Shown: positions 59,749 through 64,000 of the stretch, piece after piece
Position numbering within the stretch: the stretch's first letter is position 1
Layout of the letters: each line of letters opens with the position of its first letter
Source of the DNA: Iphione sp. A-MEVVRFRX5
Taxonomy: Eukaryota
NCBI GenBank assembly: GCA_976226885.1
Contig: OZ320321.1
Location: forward strand, 27,962,001-28,026,000
Reading direction: 5' to 3'
DNA: 64,000 bases
Made by a program: the position numbers and the translations under genes
The notes under the pieces: model-generated
What the model was told of the DNA's origin: nothing
The model's database searches: none
Seen by the model: only the letters and a program-made list of their open reading frames with translations

Positions 59749-62700
59749 ATTTTTAGTTCAGCAGTCACGTAGGATGGTCAGACATCCACATACTTGCTTC
59801 TTAGTTAAACCCTTTTTGTCTTTACTTTCTGTCACTATATTCACTTTGGGATCACTGTTAGCGCATCCAGGATTGTGGATAGCATTGCTGGATTACCATT
59901 TGTTTAACTTTGCATATTTTTTCTGTATGCAGTGAATGTAAATATTAACACGTACAAGTACAATTAAGCCTCTTTTTTAAATACATTAGTTTGAAAACTT
60001 GGTGCACAGCCTCCTCCTCCTTCGTTTTTCTCCCGCCACTTATTTTCTAAGTGCACACTTGAGAAATATGAGTACAATCTTAAGTCAACACTTACCATCA
60101 TTCTCCGATATGAAGACTTTGTTTTGCCGATTAGAAGAGAAGATGCTTGAGTCGTCTTCACGCGGTTTTGGTATAATCATTGGGAGGTCCTCCCCAGCCT
60201 GTTGAGAAAATATAATATAAATATATTCTGCTTAAAAACACTTCAAAAATATATCCTCTCTTTAGCACATAAAGTAGCTTCAAATCAAACGCATCAAAAT
60301 AGACTGATTTCCATTATTTCTTTGTTCTGATCCAAACATTCTGCTATGTTGCATGTACAAAACTTTAGATTCATCCTTACGGCGTGATCTGCCTCATCAT
60401 AATAACGGAGGGCATATATCTTCATGGTAGCTAAAGCACCAAGCTGTACACATAGGCCCCCTATACAGGCAAATCTATCTGTACAGCCGTACTATTTAAA
60501 GCCTTTAGTAATGCATAAAAAAAATACACAATAGAATAATTTCTTCCTGTAGTTTTCAATAATCCCGGTGAATACCGCTGGTACATCTATTGATATTTCT
60601 AATAAGATGTATTATAGAACCATTTAGCCATGCACATACAATCCTGTACATTTCGGTACAAATGTACATGTACCATAAAATCATTAAGTCATAGACATAA
60701 CATTCTATACATGTACATCTTTCCGTACAGTACATTGTACATGTACTATAAAATCATTAATCCATGCACATAAGATTCTATACATGTACATCTTTTTGTG
60801 CAGACGTACTTGTGATGCAATGAAATCAGGATCATCCTGCCACCGGTTGGAGGTAACAATCTCCCCAGCCTCTGCGCCTACCTCCACCCCAGCACTGGTC
60901 TCCTCGGGCTCTGGCTGGCCTGTGGCTGGCCCACTGGTGCCATACAACCAGTCAGCCTTGGTGACGACTGGTGGTTCCCCCTCACGGCCTGCTGCCCGGT
61001 GCTCCTCATCCACAGCCGCCTGTGCTCGCTTTCGTTCAGCATTGTTGCGGATTTCCAATAATGCTGGAGCAGAAAAGAGATGTAGACATGAATGTAGAAG
61101 TTAAATGATATGCCTAGTGACCACATCGTTGCATGGAAATCGGCCATATACCTTTACAGCATTATTTAGCTTTACTCTAACCAAGACATTTTAATTGCTT
61201 AAATAATGACTCTACCTCCCGTTATGTCTTAATTCATGTAATATACTGACGCATTCACGAAATCTAAATAACTCATAGATAGTTTATGTCACAGAACTGA
61301 ATTGACCCATCGCCTTTTTACGTCATTACGATGCAAACTGAACTAAGAGAATCATTGCAACAGGTAGAGAGACTACGACAGCTGCAGGTCTGACTACGAC
61401 ACATTCCACATGATGCTGGTAATAGAGTCATGATGACGTAAAAGGCGAACGGTCAATTATACACCACAGACACTGTGGTCTGTATATTTCAGAATGGAAT
61501 GCGGTACGTCTCTTACATGTCTGACCTGAATGTGGTCCATATGTCTCCGACCTGAATGTGGTCCATACGTCTCAGAACTGAATGTGGTCTGTATTTCTTA
61601 GGACTGAACGTGGCCTGTATTTCTCAGGACTGGATGAGGTCTCTATGTCTAAGAACTGAGTGTGGTCTCTAGTTTTGAACTGATTGACTCACCTTTGACG
61701 CTGTCTTCAATTCGTTTTCTATCTTTGCTGATCCACTTCTCCCTCTCTATTCTCTCGGCTTCCTTGCCACCCTCGGCCCTATTCAAAACAAAGACCTTAT
61801 AGTAAGATACCTCATGTAATACTAAAGTTTTACTCAGTATAAAGAATACAATTGATTCTTCGTGGTCTAAAACAAATTATATTGCGACTCGCTGGACATG
61901 TTCTTGGCCATAAAGGATGTTTAAATCTGACTGTTTTATTTAACCAGCGCTCATTCGTTTCTGATTGTTGGCGCCAACCTTTGTATATTTGATGTGTGCA
62001 GATCACTATTTGCTGATTGGCAAAAGGTTCTGTATCTGGGAAATACATGAGCATTGTCTCTAAAAAACAAACACATATAAGATGTAGAAACTGTCTAACC
62101 CTCCCGGCGATGAGTTTATTTTAAAACAGAACAACGTGAATGGGCAATTTGTAATAGTTGCAACAGTAGAACTGTAAGTTATTGAACATACCATGCCTCT
62201 GTGCATGCTCTTTCCTTGGGGAATACAGGCCTGTCATCCAGATACTGGAGCTCTTTCTACAAGGCAGGAGATAAAGTTTATATATAACATTAACAAAATT
62301 CATCTCAGGGTATTGTTTCATAATTATGAGATACACATATATGTATATAACTACTGAAAAAGTTATATATATAAAATTATTGAAACATTTTCGTTCTTGT
62401 GAGGTCTCATTCAGAAATGGATAGTCATACATGGAAAGACAGTTACAAAAATATTTTACTTACAATTTTCAATATCATGGTCTTCCTGTAGTTGGTGATC
62501 TTCTTGATGACTGGGTTTCCAGATAGATTCAAAACTCTCTGAAAAAAACAGACAAGCATATTTGTCGAGAATTTATGTCGGCTGACTATCTACTGGTGGG
62601 AGACATTACAACTGGCAAGCTTAATTCAATTGGCACATGAATCAAATATTATCAAGTATCAAGGAGAGATTAAGGAGAATTATGTGAACACAATGTGTCA

Positions 62701-63695
62701 TTTACATGTACAGGAATCAAGAAACACTGACTAGTTTTGCCATGCCTCCAAACACATCCACTACAGCTGGATCGTTGATCCGATTATGCGAGAGATCAAC
62801 AACACTTAGGTTGGGACAATTAATGAGATGTTCCAGGTCAGCTGCTGTCTCAATACGGTTGTGGGTGATCTGTAGTGTAGACAGCACTGGCAAGCAATCT
62901 GTAAGAGAATGCATACACTTCACCATAAACAATGGGAATCATTGATTGACTTTAATAAGTATGTTACCATTCAACACTTATTCATCCCATTAAAGGTAAT
63001 TTTCAGGTAAGTTTTCTATTGCTAGTCCCATTAAGACCAGGTGAGGCGAAAAGAGCATGAAGAAAAAAAACATCACTGAGGTCTCATAATTTGAGTAAAA
63101 CAAAGCACAGCCAGACCTGCAATGATAACTCATCAAGGTCTCACACTGTAGATACAATACAACACGGTACCTGCTCACTAGTGTAGACACTGTTTAATAC
63201 CAAGCGATTATGTCTGTGTTGGTGATTTGTTCGAATAATGAGGGATTTTTTCATGAAATGGTCTCATTCTGTGCAAAGGAAATGGCAAAGAGATGGAAAT
63301 AGAGAAGTGTTGAAACAGTGACAAGTTCCTGTAGAATCAGACCTGGAACAATAACTCACTGAGGTTCCACACTCTGAATAAACATAGTACAGTGAGACCT
63401 AGGGCAATGACTGACCGAGGTCCCATGCTGTAGTGCATGATAGTATAGTCAGATCTACAATAACTATACTCACCAAGGTTCTCTATTCTTGATATGGTGT
63501 TATTGGAGAGATTGATAGTGTCAAGTTTCTGCAATGGCTCAAGGTTTTCGATCTTGTCAATGATATTCTGATGGAGGTAGAGACAGCGAAGCTCTGTCTG
63601 TGCATCCAGGTTCTCAATGCGCCGGATACCATTACATTCCAGCCACAGACACTTCAGGCCTGTATACTCCTCCAAGTTCTCAATTTTGGTGAAAC
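57905..63695 (-). CDS. DNAAF1: Dynein axonemal assembly factor 1 (LRRC50/ODA7), 3' nine coding exons; 5' exons lie beyond the window
   Basis: Exons 63474-63695, 62732-62898, 62464-62538, 62192-62256, 61693-61778, 60810-61063, 60096-60198, 59029-59117, 57905-58546; GT-AG with consistent phases. SDS22-like LRRs ([24 protein letters not shown]), LRRcap [40 protein letters not shown], acidic tail. Confidence 0.93.
59718..59746. repeat. (CA)n microsatellite
   Basis: Directly visible. Confidence 0.97.
61526..61684. repeat. 26-bp minisatellite (CTGAATGTGGTCCATATGTCTCCGAC-like), ~6 copies, abutting a DNAAF1 splice donor
   Basis: Units counted directly. Confidence 0.88.
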
Positions 63696-64000
63696 CTGAG
63701 TAATCATGAGATAATAAGCATGAGCAAAAAGGTTCATGTCCAGTGTGTTACAACTAAACTCGAGTGTTCTAGGAGAATTAACAGAATTCTTCGGCCACAT
63801 TTCCAAAAAAAAAATCTACATTGTTCCATGTAAGTCTGAAGAAAAAAAGGAACTATACTCGGAAGCTTACACTGTCATATCCGTATTAAAGGAGGAAAAG
63901 CCATTTTTTTAAAGTGTTTTCACATTTCTCGTCCTCTTTCCTTTGCCCACAGTCAATACAAAATACAAGTCCACGTTTGTGTAGGACGGTGATTTTCTAT

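Overview
Repeat-rich eukaryotic genomic DNA with five N gaps, most likely from a marine invertebrate bilaterian (inferred from TACATGTA enrichment, the SINE and HINE types, and human-like intron positions; the species cannot be determined). Three host genes are supported. (1) An adenylate-kinase-like gene on the minus strand: coding exons at 44136-44289 and 25684-25844, an MGCGGS acylation motif and a degenerate P-loop; its downstream exons were not found. (2) A complete 13-exon V-ATPase V1 subunit C gene on the plus strand (CDS 46377-55348, 387 aa), head-to-head with gene 1 across a ~300-bp promoter carrying X-box, NRF1, CLEAR/E-box and YY1-like motifs. (3) The 3' nine coding exons of DNAAF1/LRRC50 on the minus strand (57905-63695), tail-to-tail with gene 2. 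The left 45 kb is dominated by mobile DNA: two head-to-tail CR1/L2-group LINEs at 1-7371 (one intact), two 5'-truncated LINEs inside minisatellites, TTAA piggyBac-like MITEs, a TA pogo-like MITE, HINE/Helentron-like elements and many tandem repeats; a tRNA-derived SINE lies in the last V-ATPase intron. The strongest novel lead is a Ser/acidic FxGF motif, conserved at the protein level in the otherwise unalignable N-termini of both LINE ORF1 proteins. It resembles the LEDGF-IBD/TFIIS-N-terminal-domain binding motif. The same two elements share an identical NRF1-type 18-mer at their 5' ends and have promoter-like ~580-bp inter-ORF spacers.
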